In this document: positions 1-12,391 of the stretch, one piece after another | How positions within the stretch are numbered: position 1 is the first letter of the stretch | Layout: each line of letters starts with the position of its first letter | Source: Harriotta raleighana | Lineage: Eukaryota | DNA length: 64,000 bases | Assembly (NCBI GenBank): GCA_050575255.1 | Contig: JBNZDD010013631.1 | Coordinates: 1,289,925-1,353,924, forward strand | Direction: 5' to 3' | The notes under the pieces: generated by a model | Seen by the model: the letters and a program-made list of their open reading frames with translations, nothing else | What the model was told of the DNA's origin: nothing | Databases searched by the model: none | Made by a program: the position numbers and the translations under genes

Positions 1-149
1 GTAATTTTGTGGTTGTTGTTGTTGTTATTTGTCACTCATGAATTATTTAGGCAGCCCTTCCACCGTTTCAAAGCAATCCTTCCTACATTATCATTCATTT
101 GCGACACAGGAGGAAACAATCTCATGAAAACTTCAGAGAAGCTAGAGAA

Positions 150-610
150 TAATACTAATCCTTATGTTTGATATAAAAGGATGCCCCAAAGCATTTCACA
201 AGATTTATTGTAAAGTGTATTTTGTAGATGAATACTGCAAACAATTTGCACACAGCATCGCCCCCCCCCCCAAATAAAATAGCCATGCAATCGATTTCAT
301 TTGGTGGGTTGATAAGGGCAGGAGAAAGTAGACAGTTAGGGACACCAGGAGAAATTCTCTTTTCAAGACTGGAATCTTGAACGTCCACCCGAACAGGCGG
401 AGCGGAGGATTCGGGGGACATGAAGGAGGCCAGACCCGGAGGAGCAAAAGCGATNCCAATTTGCACACAGCATCGCCCCCACCCCCCCAAAAATAGCCAT
501 GTAATCGATTTTATTTGGTGGGTTGATAAGGGCAGGAGAAAGTAGACAGTTAGGGACACCAGGAGAAATTCTCTTTTCAAGACTGGAATCTTGAACGTCC
601 ACCCGAACAG
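150..610 (-). mobile_element. Deu-domain SINE fragment (partly duplicated across N at 455)
   Basis: Reverse-strand tail (aatccttatgtttgatata) and Deu-like motifs caatttgcacacagca, ggacaccaggagaaattctc, aacgtccacc. Confidence 0.75.
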
Positions 611-825
611 GCGGAGCGGAGGATTCGGGGGACATGAAGGAGGCCAGACCCGGAGGAGCAAAAGCGATGGGTGCTGGTTTGAGGAGAGAGGAGGTCAGAG
701 AGGTAGGGAGGGGGTTGCAGAGGAGTGGAGGGATTTGAAAATAAGGGTGAGGATCTTGAAATCGATCCTGTCCGGGACAGGAAGCCAATGAAGTCTGGCA
801 AGGACTGGAGTAATGGGGAAGTGAA
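610..825 (-). mobile_element. L2-clade LINE ORF2 C-terminal fragment
   Basis: Minus frame reads PITPVLARLHWLPVPDRIDFKILTLIFKSLH, the characteristic L2 ORF2 C-terminal motif. Confidence 0.9.
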
Positions 826-2100
826 GTTTGGTATGCTGAGATGATATAATTGCCCCATGTATGAATTCAGCCAATAGACATGCTGTTGAACAAAGTTGCT
901 GAGCACAGATTTCTTTGATGGGATTTCTATTTCTACCATAGCGTATACACAGAGGTATTAATACACCCGGGAGCTTTGCCAAGTTTATCGAATAGGTATA
1001 AATGCAAGTGAGATTTACCGCTGATAAAGTTGATGAGGCATCTCTGCCATGCCTCAGCCCCACGGATGTTTAAAGCAGAAAAAGATAAATTATTGGTCCT
1101 TTGCATGTTGCGCTGCTGTAAATGCAGGCGTTAGCAGGAAGTTAGTTCATTTGAAACTTTAACTGTGCAAACTACTCTGATGTGCTGTACAATGACATTA
1201 ATTGCAGAACGCAGTGGACAACAACAGCCACTCACATTCATATAGTGCCCATCACATAGCGAAGCGTTCCAGAGCACTTTCCAGTGACATAGCACAATGC
1301 CAACCCGAAGAGGGGAGGGGGAGGTGCATTTTGATATAGCGCTTTTCATTTCTTATCGACATCTCAAAGCGCTTCACAGAATATACTTGCAAGTGAATTG
1401 ACTGTATGTTTGTGGGCGAATTTTTTTAAAAAACAATGGGAAGAGAATGGATAAAAATTAATCCTTGCAATTGATATAGCGCATTTCATGTAGCGAGGCA
1501 TTTCCAAAGCACTTCACAGAATATATTGTAAAGTGCAGTGAATGTGTTTTCTATCCGCAAACAATAGTTATTATTGTACACAACCCTGAGAGAACTGTTT
1601 GCAGATTAATTTCATGACTAATTGATATTCAGTTACATTTCATACAGTGTCTTTTGCATGGGAAATACGTCTCAAAGTGCTCCATTTCATTTGCAATGAA
1701 ACAAGGTGAAATGTAGATCAGTAGTTAAATAATTTGGATTCTGAAAGTGCTGGTGCTAAAACCCTCAGTGCTTTTGCGCAAGAACACAATTGATCAAATT
1801 CCAGGGATTCTCAAAACACAACGCTGATTCATCAGTTCTAAGAAAGCGATTTTTATCTTTCTTCGCAGTTTACTTCCTTCAAAGGAAACCAACTTTGTTT
1901 CCAAGGAATTGATTGTCACGTGGACCACAACTGATTTCCAGCGACTGCCGTGGTCTGCAATTGCTCAGCATGCATCGGAATGGATAATTTCAGCAACACA
2001 TCTGCAAAAAGAGGCATTCTGCCTGATTGTATGTTGACAGACCAGTTGTGCTGTGGGTGACATCACAGCTAAACCCAAATCTAACTTCACCCAAGGCAAA

Positions 2101-2309
2101 AATAATCCATCCAAAAAAACCGCAATAATAAAATTGGTCATTTCAATCCACGACTGTTTGTGGGGGACGCTGCTGTGCGCAATTGGCTGCCGCGTTTCGC
2201 CCAGAAATATACAATCAATTCACTTTACAGTATATTCTGTGAAGCGCTTTGACACGTCGATAAGATGTGAAAAGCTGCTATATCAAATGCAAGGATTATT
2301 ATTATTTAT
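2101..2309 (+). mobile_element. 5'-truncated young SINE (Deu 3' part + L2-like tail)
   Basis: tgctgtgcgcaattggctgccgcgtttcgccc...gaagcgcttt...tatcaaatgcaaggattattatt; close match to 33320-33534. Confidence 0.9.
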
Positions 2310-2377
2310 TATAGCTACACAAGATCATTTTCCAAGAAATATATATGGCTCAGTTTACGATAGCTTCACAAAATAGT

Positions 2378-2640
2378 AATAGTAATCCTTGCAGTTGAGA
2401 TAGCGCTTCAAAATGTCCTTGTGATGGCTCAAAGTGCTTCACAGACTATAGTTGCAAGTGAATTGACTCGACATTTTGTAGATGGAACGCGTTAGCCAAT
2501 GGCGCACAGCAGTATCCCACAAACAGTCAATGGATTGAGTGACCAAATTATTATTTTATTTATTTAGTTGTTTGTGTTTTTTTTGAAGGGATTATTACCC
2601 CACGCTGGAAAAACCATCAGCCAATCGACTAACTACCTGG
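2378..2640 (-). mobile_element. Meta/Deu SINE fragment
   Basis: Reverse complement of the same tail and body; ends in agccaatcgactaac. Confidence 0.85.
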
Positions 2641-2659
2641 GCATTGATGTCAGACTGTA

Positions 2660-2992
2660 TAAGCTGGCACTCGAATGCTGTGGGTGGAATCCTTCAATAA
2701 ACTGAGGTCCCATCTGCTTGTTCAAGTTAGAAGTTAAAGATCCCATGACATCATTCAAAACGAGAAGGGAATTCTCCCAGAGTCCTGGCAAACAATCCCC
2801 CAATTAAAAATTGGTCATTCACTTCATGGCTGTGTGTGGGATATTGTTGTTAATTAGTTAATTGTTAAATTAGCTGCTGTGTGTGTTTTGCCAAAAACAG
2901 TCATTACTTTGCAATAGATCCTTGGAAGTGCTTTGAAACACGCTCCCAATGTGAAAGGTGCTATTTCAAATATAAGGAGTATTTACTTATTA
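2660..2992 (+). mobile_element. Older Deu-domain SINE (AmnSINE1/SacSINE1-like body)
   Basis: taaactgaggtcccatctg...aaagatcccatgac...gaattctcccagagtcctggc, matching the Deu-domain consensus as I recall it. Confidence 0.8.
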
Positions 2993-3512
2993 TTTAAATT
3001 GTCAGTGCTCCTCAGACGATGTGGAGATTGAAGGATTCAACCTTGTGCAGGTTGCAGTTAAGGGTTTGGGTTGGATCAACCTAATTTGCCTCTTTGTTCA
3101 CACAATTCTGCTGTTATACTCCCGAGGCTGAGACAATTTGTGTCAAGACATTTCCGTGTTACCAATTGCACATGAGACTTAATCAGGCTGAAGATTATAG
3201 CAAATTTCAATTAGACACCTGCAGCTCCAAACAGACTTGAGGCCATAGAGTCTGAAGGCTACAGTTTATGGAATATGATTAACTGATAAAACAACATAAT
3301 AGAAACTATTGCCGTGGTTGAACCTGAAGGATTATTAATGATCAATTATTTTAGGTAGCAACCCAAGGCTCGAAACATCTAATGATATTAGCCTTTAAGA
3401 TCAATGCCTTGACATTTTTAATTGTACAGAAGTGTGCGGAAATCTTAAATTAGAAGGGAGGAGTTGGGGTTGAACAGTGAGTGTTTTATGTCGGATTTAA
3501 AGACTTCTTAAA

Positions 3513-3818
3513 ATAATAAGAAGAAGAATCCTTACATTTGATATAGCACTCTTCATGTCTTCTAGACATCTCAAAGTTTTCACAGAATATACTGTAAGAT
3601 GAATTGACTGTATATTTGTGGGTGAAACACGGCAGCCAATTGCACACAGCAGTGTCCCACAAACAGCCGTGGATTGAAATGATCAAATTATTAATTTTGG
3701 GGGGCATTATTAACAAGCGTGTGGAGTAAGTGTGGAAACTTGCCCAAGGCTTCCCCCTACTCAAACCAGGTCTCTCGTTTGTAAGGCAAGTGTTCTAACC
3801 ACTGAGCTACAGGATCTC
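3513..3818 (-). mobile_element. Full tRNA-headed SINE, short (internally deleted) variant
   Basis: Head reads ggagatcctgtagctcagtggttagaac on minus; ccttgggcaagtttcc; Deu 3' part; tail. Confidence 0.9.
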
Positions 3819-3839
3819 CTTAAAGATCTCCATAATGAT

Positions 3840-4060
3840 TATGGAGAGGGGACACGATTGAGGGCAGTGGCGGAAGATAGCGGGAGTAAATTGCTGAAAG
3901 CTCAGAGGGGGGAACAGGGAACATGTAGCAGGCCTGATTTAGGCGAACTGGGTGGGGGGTCGACCTGAAGAGTTAGATTGGAGAAGATGATAGAGATAGG
4001 GAGATGCTTGTGAATGATGGAGGTGAGGGGGGACGGGGGGGGTGGAAAGGTGAAATCAAT
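3840..4060 (-). mobile_element. Degenerate L2 fragment
   Basis: G/A-rich segment similar to the L2 copies at 610-825 and 9492-10155. Confidence 0.55.
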
Positions 4061-4259
4061 CCATTGGGAAAAAGGAAGATTGGTACAAAAGTGTAAACAA
4101 GCATTTCAGCAGCATTTCATGTGAGACACTGGCCAAGGTAGTCATTATGAGAAAAGTAAAGAAAAGCGCACAGAACTTGATTTAACTGGAAATAGGGGTA
4201 TCTGTAGTGGTTACTATTATAATAATAATAATCTTTCAACTTGCCCAGATAGCAAAGGG

Positions 4260-4592
4260 AATCCTGTAGCACTCACCTCAGAGAGGACCTGTGAATGAGT
4301 CCTGGGCAGAGTGAAATGGTTAGGAAAGTTTCATTAATCCACACAACCTCTGTTTGTCTAGCACTAAGCAGTAAGTTGCTAGTTGATTGGCAGATCAACT
4401 TTTCCAGGGGTAATAATAGTTTTTTTTACAATGATCATTTGATCGCTCAATCCATAACTGTTTTGTGCGAAACTGTGCTGTGCGCAATTGGCTGCTGCGT
4501 TTCGCCTAAAAATACATAGTCAATATTCTGTGAAGCGCTTTTAGACATCTCAAAATATGTGATAAGGCACTATATCAAATGCAAGGAATTAT
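4260..4592 (+). mobile_element. Meta/Deu SINE, long variant, degenerate head
   Basis: cctctgtttgtctagcactaagcag, gttgattggcagatc, Deu 3' part, tatcaaatgcaagga tail. Confidence 0.8.
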
Positions 4593-6444
4593 TACAGTAC
4601 TGTATATTGTTATTTTTCAATGTGAGGAAGAAATGAAAGCTGTGAACCATACATTCTGAAAATCAGCTTTAATATAACTGAATATTCGCTGGTGCTCTTT
4701 CACAAGATGAATATCTTTCTATCCAGCTGAATGCCTGTAAGTTTCCACAGAGTGACTGTGGGACATGTTCTACTCAGCTGGACACCTGTAATGTGTGTAA
4801 AATTCCAAATAACTAGCGGTCTGTAAAGTAATGTTTCACATAACTGAGCCTCAAATGTCTGTAAACTTCCACACACATATATATAAAACATTTGTAAACG
4901 TTTGTTGAATTTCTTTCTCTTCAAATAAGTACTTTAATAATTGGACTGTATAAATGCAAGTTGTTGTTCTTCTCCTAGTACATCTACCATGAATAATCCT
5001 CGGATTAATCCCAGGCTTTTGTTTAAAACAATGACTTATTGGGAGTTAAAATTGCAACAAGTCATGCAGTAACTTTCACCAGTGATAATTCTCACACTGT
5101 TGATAAACGCCAACAGCAAGGTCAGTCATTCACATACGGTGGTCAGGGTCACTGTTATTGGCATTAAAGTGACAACCCATAGGCTACCAAGTCATGTCTG
5201 CCTACAAAGCACACAGTCACTACACTTTATAATAAATCCTGTAATTGCTTTGAGATGCCTTCCTCTATTAAGTTCCCGGAAAGTGCTATACCAAATGCAA
5301 GGAATATTATTATTGTTATGATTATGATTATTATTATCTACCCGCTTAACTTTGAGTTTCTTTTGTAGACGAAGACAGGGATCTGCAAGGCAGCACTGCA
5401 CTATCTGGTAAAGATTAATCCTTATTCGGTTAAGTAGCCAACACTCAAAGTCAGACTCTGCCATTGGTCAGTGCTCTGAGACACTCCCCTGCGTGGAGGG
5501 AGGGGGCTTTATAAGTGCAAATTGTTCTTGTTATAATAATATGCATAATATTAACATTCCTTCAATTTGGTTGATGTCAGGAGTAGTTAATGTTACGATT
5601 ACTATTACTCCTTAATATCCTATGATGTGTGTATCATGTCCAGTGTCTCAGAGCACATCATAGGATATAATGTAAAGGTGAGTGACTTTGTGGATGAATG
5701 TGGCAGCTAACATGCATACAGCAGTGTCCCTAAAGAGTCATGGAGTGAAGGACTAATTCTATTTGGTGGGATCTGTTGATCAGGACACAAGGATTACAGT
5801 CTCTGTTGAATGACACCACAGCGTGATCCAGAACCATCAAGAAAGGAGAGTACATATATTAGAGGAGGAAACACTAATGTGAAAAAAAAGGAAAGGAAAT
5901 TTAATCTCAGAGCAAGAATAATCATATGATATAGGGCTTGCATTTGATAGAGCGCTTTATCGTATTACTACGATGTCTCAAAGCACTTCACAGGTATTTA
6001 TTTGTGAAGTGTAGTGCTTTGTTGGCGAACATGGTGGCAATTAATCCACAACAATATGCCACACACAGCCATGAGGTTTAGTGACTGATTTTATTTGGGG
6101 TATTTCTCGGACTTTACACGGAGAATCCAGGATTCGTCAAATTCAACCTCAAATTTGATCCCGGTTTTCCATCACTTCTTGAAGGCTCCTGCAGAAAACA
6201 GACTTCACAACTGCGGCTTTAAGTGAGAATTGGCCAAAAGTGTCAGGATTACTTTAAAACTTGAGCTGCCTTCATGTGGTGAAAAGACTCTACTGGATGC
6301 GTGACATTTTCAGTTATCTTGAAGTCGGTTGACAGAAGCAGATCATTCAATGCTACAAAATATTTCAAAAATTGTGATCTCGTCTGCAAGTTGTACAACT
6401 TCATAGAATCATAGAACGTATCTCCAAAGGGGAAATTGCAAGTA

Positions 6445-6745
6445 TCCCAAAAATTGTGTTGGGAAGTGCCAAACATCAGATGAGACATTAAACTGAGGTC
6501 CCATCTATCTGTTCAAGGTGGATATTAAAGATCCCCAAAATAGAATGAGTTTCTCCTGGTGTCCTGGCCAACAACCCCCACTCCCCCACCCACATAAAAT
6601 TGATCATTCCCTTCTGTTTGTGGGGCTGTTGGCATGCAAATCAGCTGCTGCGTTCACCCACAGTCACTACACTTTTACAGTACATTCTTTAAATTGCTTT
6701 AAGACATTCAATGGCGTGATAGGCACTATGTTTAAGGGTGTTATT
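6445..6745 (+). mobile_element. Deu-domain SINE
   Basis: agatgagacattaaactgaggtcccatct...ggtggatattaaagatccc...ctcctggtgtcctggccaac. Confidence 0.8.
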
Positions 6746-7035
6746 ATCACCTCTGCTTTTCAAATACATATAAAGCTATAAGTAAAATTGTGTGCAATTG
6801 GTTTGTACAATTACATTTTTTCACGGTAACAGGCAAATTAAATTAAAGAGGACTACTTAACAGCCATTGTGAACATGTGTCATCATACAGTTCACAATGA
6901 TCCTCCGTGTTAATTGATTATTTATCTTCCTATCGACTATCCATGATACCTTATACATGCAAATGATCTGTTTTGGTTTGTTGTCTCATCAGTACTTACC
7001 TAGATAGTGCATGATGTAATTTGAGATGATGGGAG

Positions 7036-7106
7036 TTTAATTAGAAAAATCCAAATCCTACAAATATCTCCATTTTACTTTTTGGGTTTGGATTTTTCTA
7101 ATTAAA
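7036..7106. repeat. Perfect 20-bp inverted repeat (hairpin)
   Basis: TTTAATTAGAAAAATCCAAA (7036-7055) / TTTGGATTTTTCTAATTAAA (7087-7106). Confidence 0.95.
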
Positions 7107-7402
7107 ACTGCACCGATTAGAATGCATTTCTCTTTAAAAGCCTTGCGGCATCTTTCGCATCACGAGGAATGCCTCAAATTACACTGCGAAGATTTACTGC
7201 AAAGCGGCTGCATTGTGTATTTTGCAGAGAGAAAAAAATGACAGTCAATTTTCAACCCATCAATGTCCAACATAGATTGTGAGTTTAAAGTCTCGACTTG
7301 CGGTCGGAACCGTGACCTTCTGCTTTAAGAGGCGAGAGTGCTACCAACTGACACTTCAAATCCAAACAATTATAAGCTGTGCAAGCTGAGATAAAAGGTT
7401 CT

Positions 7403-7687
7403 CTATTTTTAGTAATCGAGGTGAAATACTCTGTGCTCCCTCTTCAACTATGGCACATTTCCATGGAGCCTTTCATGGGCCCAAAAATAGATTTTTTTTT
7501 TATTCGTTACCAAGGAAATCTCGCTTAAAACAAGGAAAGATGGGTTAGATGGCTGGCTATTTTTAGTGCTTCATGCCCGAGGAGCAGGTGCAAGGATCTG
7601 AAATGAATCCGTTTTAGTGCAGCACTTTGGATAGCGTAGTACTTATCGATATTTACACGATTCTCGGGTTCAAAGCACTATATTTAG
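7403..7687. promoter_or_regulatory. Homotypic MEF2-site cluster (candidate enhancer)
   Basis: CTATTTTTAG 7403-7412 and 7557-7566, CCAAAAATAG 7481-7490, CTATATTTAG 7678-7687. Confidence 0.5.
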
Positions 7688-8128
7688 CCACGGCAGGTTT
7701 CTCCTCTCTCTGTGTGTTTACAAACACTCCACTGGTGCTTTCAAATCCTAGTACAGACCACATGATCGGGGCTATTTACAACGTTCACGCCAAATTCATG
7801 GCATTACAATCACCATGCCATAGGCTATTACACTGCCTGACACTTAACATTTCAGTGACTCAACTCACTGTAGGGTGGCATTCAGCCAGCAATCACAGGA
7901 GCCTCAGGTTGCACAAGTTTAAGAATTATCCAGGTCAATCTAATACAACAAGCCTCTTTCCCCCCCTCCGACATAAGCTTTCCTGAGTGTGGATTTATCA
8001 GTGGAGGTGGTGGGTGCTGCAATATATAGCAATGTAACAAGCAAGGTGACAATATCACATATTTTGCTTTGGCATTTGACATTATCGTTTCACTCGTGAC
8101 CACTGTTTTCAAAATGCTTTGAATCGCC

Positions 8129-8208
8129 GAAGCTCGAGAGGAATATATTAAATATATTGAAGCTCGAGAGGAATATATCAAATATATTAAAGCTCGAGAG
8201 GAATAGAT
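8129..8208 (+). repeat. 30-bp minisatellite, ~2.7 copies
   Basis: aagctcgagaggaatatat(t/c)aaatatatt(g/a) repeated with period 30. Confidence 0.95.
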
Positions 8209-8387
8209 GTTAAAAAAAGAGAGGGTAGATCAAAACAAAAGGAAGAAAAATCAAACGGGGTTTGTGTGAAATTAACATTGGCTGGCATTTAAATGCTCAG
8301 CCCCCACTCTCAACCCCCACCACCTCCCTAGATATAATACAAAAGACATATGGACTTTGTTAATGAAATTAGGCTAGACAGCACAGT

Positions 8388-8471
8388 GTTGCCGTGGTAG
8401 CTAAACTCAGTGAGAATCACGTGGATGATTCGAGCTGCCTCCTGCTGCAGGGAGAAAGCCAATGTCACGTG
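8388..8471. promoter_or_regulatory. Promoter-like motif patch: X-box (RFX), two CACGTG E-boxes, CCAAT
   Basis: GTTGCCGTGGTAGC 8388-8401; CACGTG 8418-8423; CCAAT 8459-8463 abutting GTCACGTG 8464-8471. Confidence 0.4.
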
Positions 8472-9491
8472 AAGCTGTGTGTGTCTGTGTCTGTATGTCT
8501 ATCTGCGCACTTTCCCTGTATGCAAGGGATTACTTCTACACGAATGTTTTCAGGATTAGTTTCAGCCGAAAATGTGATGATATATTAATAGTCAGACAGA
8601 GATTTATACGATGGTACAGTAGATGAAGAAGCAAATATATTTATTATTATTAATTTATTATGCTTTTTTTTCTATTTTACTGAATCACCTACTTTTAAAA
8701 CCAAATTTGGGTTCCCCTCTCTGGATTACATAAGATTTTACCTTTGGTCTAACCTTTTTGATTGCCTGGTTTTAAAAATGTTCTGGAAATAAACTAAATC
8801 TCTGAACCATTTCTATAAAATGCCAAGCTGACTGATGGATCGACATTTTGCTAGCCTGTGAATAAAGGCAAAGTGTCTGGTTTGTGCAGTAGACACGTCA
8901 CCTTTATTATCTTTGCACTTGAACACGACAAACTAAGACGATTTCAACGGACGTTTGCGTAAACTTCACTGTGTTGCTAATTTTAAACACTGCCAATCTA
9001 GGCCAGCAAAAAAAGGCAAGCCCCTCTCTTTATGTTTTAGTCATCAGTGATAAAGTAAATGTGTTTCCCAAAATACACAGCCACCACATTTCACAATAAA
9101 TGTGGTAAACGCAATGAGGTGTTATCCAGTCGATTCACATTACATTATTACAGTATTCTGCAAAGCACTTTGAGACGTCGCGAGGATATCATAAGGTGCT
9201 AGATAATAATAATAATCCTGGCATTTGATATAGCGCTTTTCACATCTTATCGATGTGTTGGCGATCAAACTTAATGATCATTATTATTATGTTCCTGAAG
9301 TAAGAAAAGGTAAGGATTTTTTTTATTATAACTAATATCATCCTAGCATTTCAGTGGATTTTACTGAACTGAAAGCTTTCCTTGACAAGAATGAATAATG
9401 CTTGAGTAAGCGTCAATGAAGTGTTTCGCTCACAGTCAATTCACTTGATAGTATATTCTATGAAAGTGCTTTGAGACATCTATAACAATAT

Positions 9492-10155
9492 CAATGAAAA
9501 CTTTCATTTATTTTGAGCCCTCCATACCGGATGATGTCTCAGAGCACTTCACAATGGTGGAGCCCGAGGCTGAGCCAGTGGGAGGGGAAGTTGAACGTAA
9601 TTGCGCTTGAAGCGACCTGAAGGTCAACCTGAAGATGGGAAAGCAGGGGATGAGGAGCAAGGGTTGAGGAAGGGAGTTTGGAAAGATTCAAGGCTGAAAG
9701 CACGGTGGAGCGGAGGATTCGGGAATAGGGAAGAGGCTGGACTCAATAGAGCAGAGGCATTGGGTACTGCTATTAAGAGTGCAGAGGTTAGAGAGGTAGG
9801 GGTGTGCAGAGGAGTGGAGTGATTTAAACATAAGAGTGAGGATCTGGAAAGTTGATCTGCTCTGTGGCAGGCAGCCAGTACAGTTTGAGAAGGACTGGGG
9901 CAATCGGGGTACGAAGTTTGGTGTAGGTGAGAATCGGGCAGCAGAGGTTTGGTTGAGATGAATTTTATGAATGGTGGAGGAGGGGAGACCGGCGAGGAAG
10001 GCATTGGAATAGTCCAGCCGAGAGGTGACAAAGGCATGGACCAGGGTTTCGGCAGCTGTTAGGGTGAGATATTGACAGAGACAGGCAATGAGATTGAAGA
10101 AAGCATTACTGTTGAGGGACCTGATGTGGGGGGAGGAAGGATAACTGGGGATCAA
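9492..10155 (-). mobile_element. L2 LINE 3' fragment with tail
   Basis: Minus frame LTAAETLVHAFVTSRLDYSNAFLAGLP; frameshifted; 3' tail near 9492-9555. Confidence 0.95.
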
Positions 10156-10678
10156 AACACATCTAGAAGGTATGAAAAGCGTTATATCAAATGCAAGGAT
10201 TTCTAGTATTATAGTCTTCCTGATGTGAAAGGCACGACACAAGTGTAATTTTGTTGTTGTTGTAATAAAATGTTTTTGGTCAGCTGAGTGTCTGACACTT
10301 GTGGAAACCCATCACCACAATCATCCGGACATAATACAGTAGAATGTTTCAATTGAAAGTTAAAAATACCTTTCCAAAATAGCTACCACACCAAAATAAA
10401 TCAGCTCACAAATTTTATTAAATTACAGAGCTCAGTCCAGCTCAGGTTTGGTGTGTTGGACATGTATTTCTTAAGATAAACAATGATGTTGATTATGACA
10501 AAGGCTACAGCCATGGTAACTGTTTATTTTTATTCGCATCCATATGGTTGACGAGCAGCTTTCAAGTGAATAATACTATTTGCGTTTTTTTCGGTTAAGA
10601 GTATCAAGTATTTGATCTAACGCTTCATCACGTTATCAGTAAATCTCAAATCACGACAATGTATTCAGTGTGTTATAT

Positions 10679-10762
10679 AGAGATGCAAAAATAATTTTGC
10701 CTCATTTTATAGATGAATTATGAAACTGACAGGGGCCATATTAGGAAAAGGCATTTGTTTTC
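10679..10762 (+). repeat. Left arm of long-range inverted repeat (partner 13224-13307)
   Basis: 28-nt perfect core 10711-10738 is the reverse complement of 13250-13277. Confidence 0.95.
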
Positions 10763-11312
10763 AAACCTAAACTATAAGTTCAAAGATAGGGAGGGCATGA
10801 ACCCACAACTTTTCATCTCAGAGGGGAGAGTTCAATGCACTAAGCCAAGCTGATTTAAAACAAGACAGAAGGGTCCACAGTTTTGGAATGACCCAACTCG
10901 AGATGATGAACCACGTTGACACGCACAGGCTGATATAATCACGACAAAAAGTCTCAAAGTGTAGTGACTGAGTATTTGCAGACAAACACTGCAGCCAATT
11001 TGCGCACAGCAATATCTCATTGTTTTTTTTTATTGGTAACACTTTTCAGAATTGTAGCAATCCTTTGGTGGTCCATTTGACAAACACTGTATATGCAAAT
11101 GTTTGTTCATGGCTATCCATAACACAAAAATTTTAATTTCATTCCACCAATATGCAAATAGTTGAATTAATAACCCTTACAATTGAACAATGTAGGGCTT
11201 GGCTGTGCACAGAGTTGGGTGCTGCGTTCACCCACAAAATATACATGCTTTCAAAGTGAATAATGTTATATTGGGATGTCCTCCCGATGTGAAAGGGGCT
11301 ATATAAATGTAA

Positions 11313-11452
11313 AACAAAAACAGAAGTTGCTGGGAAAACGCAGCAGGCCAGGCAGCAACCATGGAGAAAGGAAAATGAGTCAGCGTTTCGAGTCCACGAC
11401 CCTTCATCAGAACCTTGTTTCAGATTTCCAGCAACTGTAGTATTTTGTGTTT
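11313..11452 (-). mobile_element. Penelope-like element fragment with hammerhead-like core; internal inversion; 13-bp TSD
   Basis: Minus strand CTGATGAAGGGTCGTGGACTCGAAAC (11410-11385); TATATAAATGTAA at 11300-11312 and 11453-11465. Confidence 0.85.
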
Positions 11453-12391
11453 TATATAAATGTAAGTTTGCTTTTGTTGTTAACAACATATTTTGTTAAT
11501 ATTAACAAGCATTTGATCTGGCATTTCTGTCTATCCAAGGATGAATGTGGAAGCCACTTCACGCACAGCAGTTTCCCACATTCAGCCACAAAATGAATGA
11601 GCAGTTTTTATACCTGGAGGATTATTGGCCCAGGATGCCCCAAGGAACTCTCTTCTCTTTTTGAAACAATAGCTCACTAGTTCAATTAAATTGACCACTG
11701 ACATTTTTCGAATTATTATAGGAAGTAATTATTTTGTATACATGGATATTGGGGGGAGGTGGGGGATGGTAGAGATCAATACAATTACACTTTCCCTCTC
11801 TTATCGAATATTTCCCTTATATTCCTCAGCAAGTAGGTGCTGGTTCGAAGCACAGAATGTTATAGCCCATAAACAAGCCTATGAAGTCAGTGCAAGGGAT
11901 TTCCAAACTGCCCTAAACGTGATTCACAGGATATACTGTAAAGTGGAGTGACTGTATAGTGTGTGGGGTGAATGCAGTAGCCAATTTGGCAGTATTTACC
12001 TGACCCACTTTGAAGCAAAATTTCGGCAAGTACTTTTCTTTGAGGTGTCTCAATAATGTGTTAAAGCACTGTATCCATTGCAAAGATTAATATTATGCCA
12101 AATGTAAAGATTAATATTAGTATTGTGCGGGAATAGTGCAGACTAAGATAAGCAAAAATAGGTCAGAAGATACAATCTATTTTGTTTTCGCTCCTGTAAC
12201 AATGGGACAGAGAAGTGAAGTGAAGAGACTGTTTTCTGTGAAGGGTTGGAAAATAGATTTGATTAGCAGACGTGAGGACAGATAAATATTCTGAAGGTTT
12301 GTGCTTGATTATCTGTAGGGGATCAGAACGTTTGTTCACAAACAATGCCCCAAGAAAAAGATCAGGGGGGAGAGAAAGTTGGTCAAAAAGT

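Noticed and set aside
242-668. ~213-bp tandem duplication
   Set aside because: The copies abut a single N and differ by a few SNP-like changes; most likely an unmerged contig overlap.
1869-2028. Exon-like segment (good acceptor, one open frame, gtatgt donor)
   Set aside because: The peptide is unrecognisable, the donor context is weak and there are no partner exons; it cannot be supported without RNA data.
8129-8208. 30-bp periodic repeat resembling a mini CRISPR array
   Set aside because: The intervening sequences are near-identical rather than unique spacers, there are no cas genes, and the context is vertebrate. It is a minisatellite.
10736-10745. CCATATTAGG, identical to the c-fos CArG box
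   Set aside because: The partner arm of the inverted repeat lacks it (CCAAATTAAG); a single 10-mer is weak evidence.
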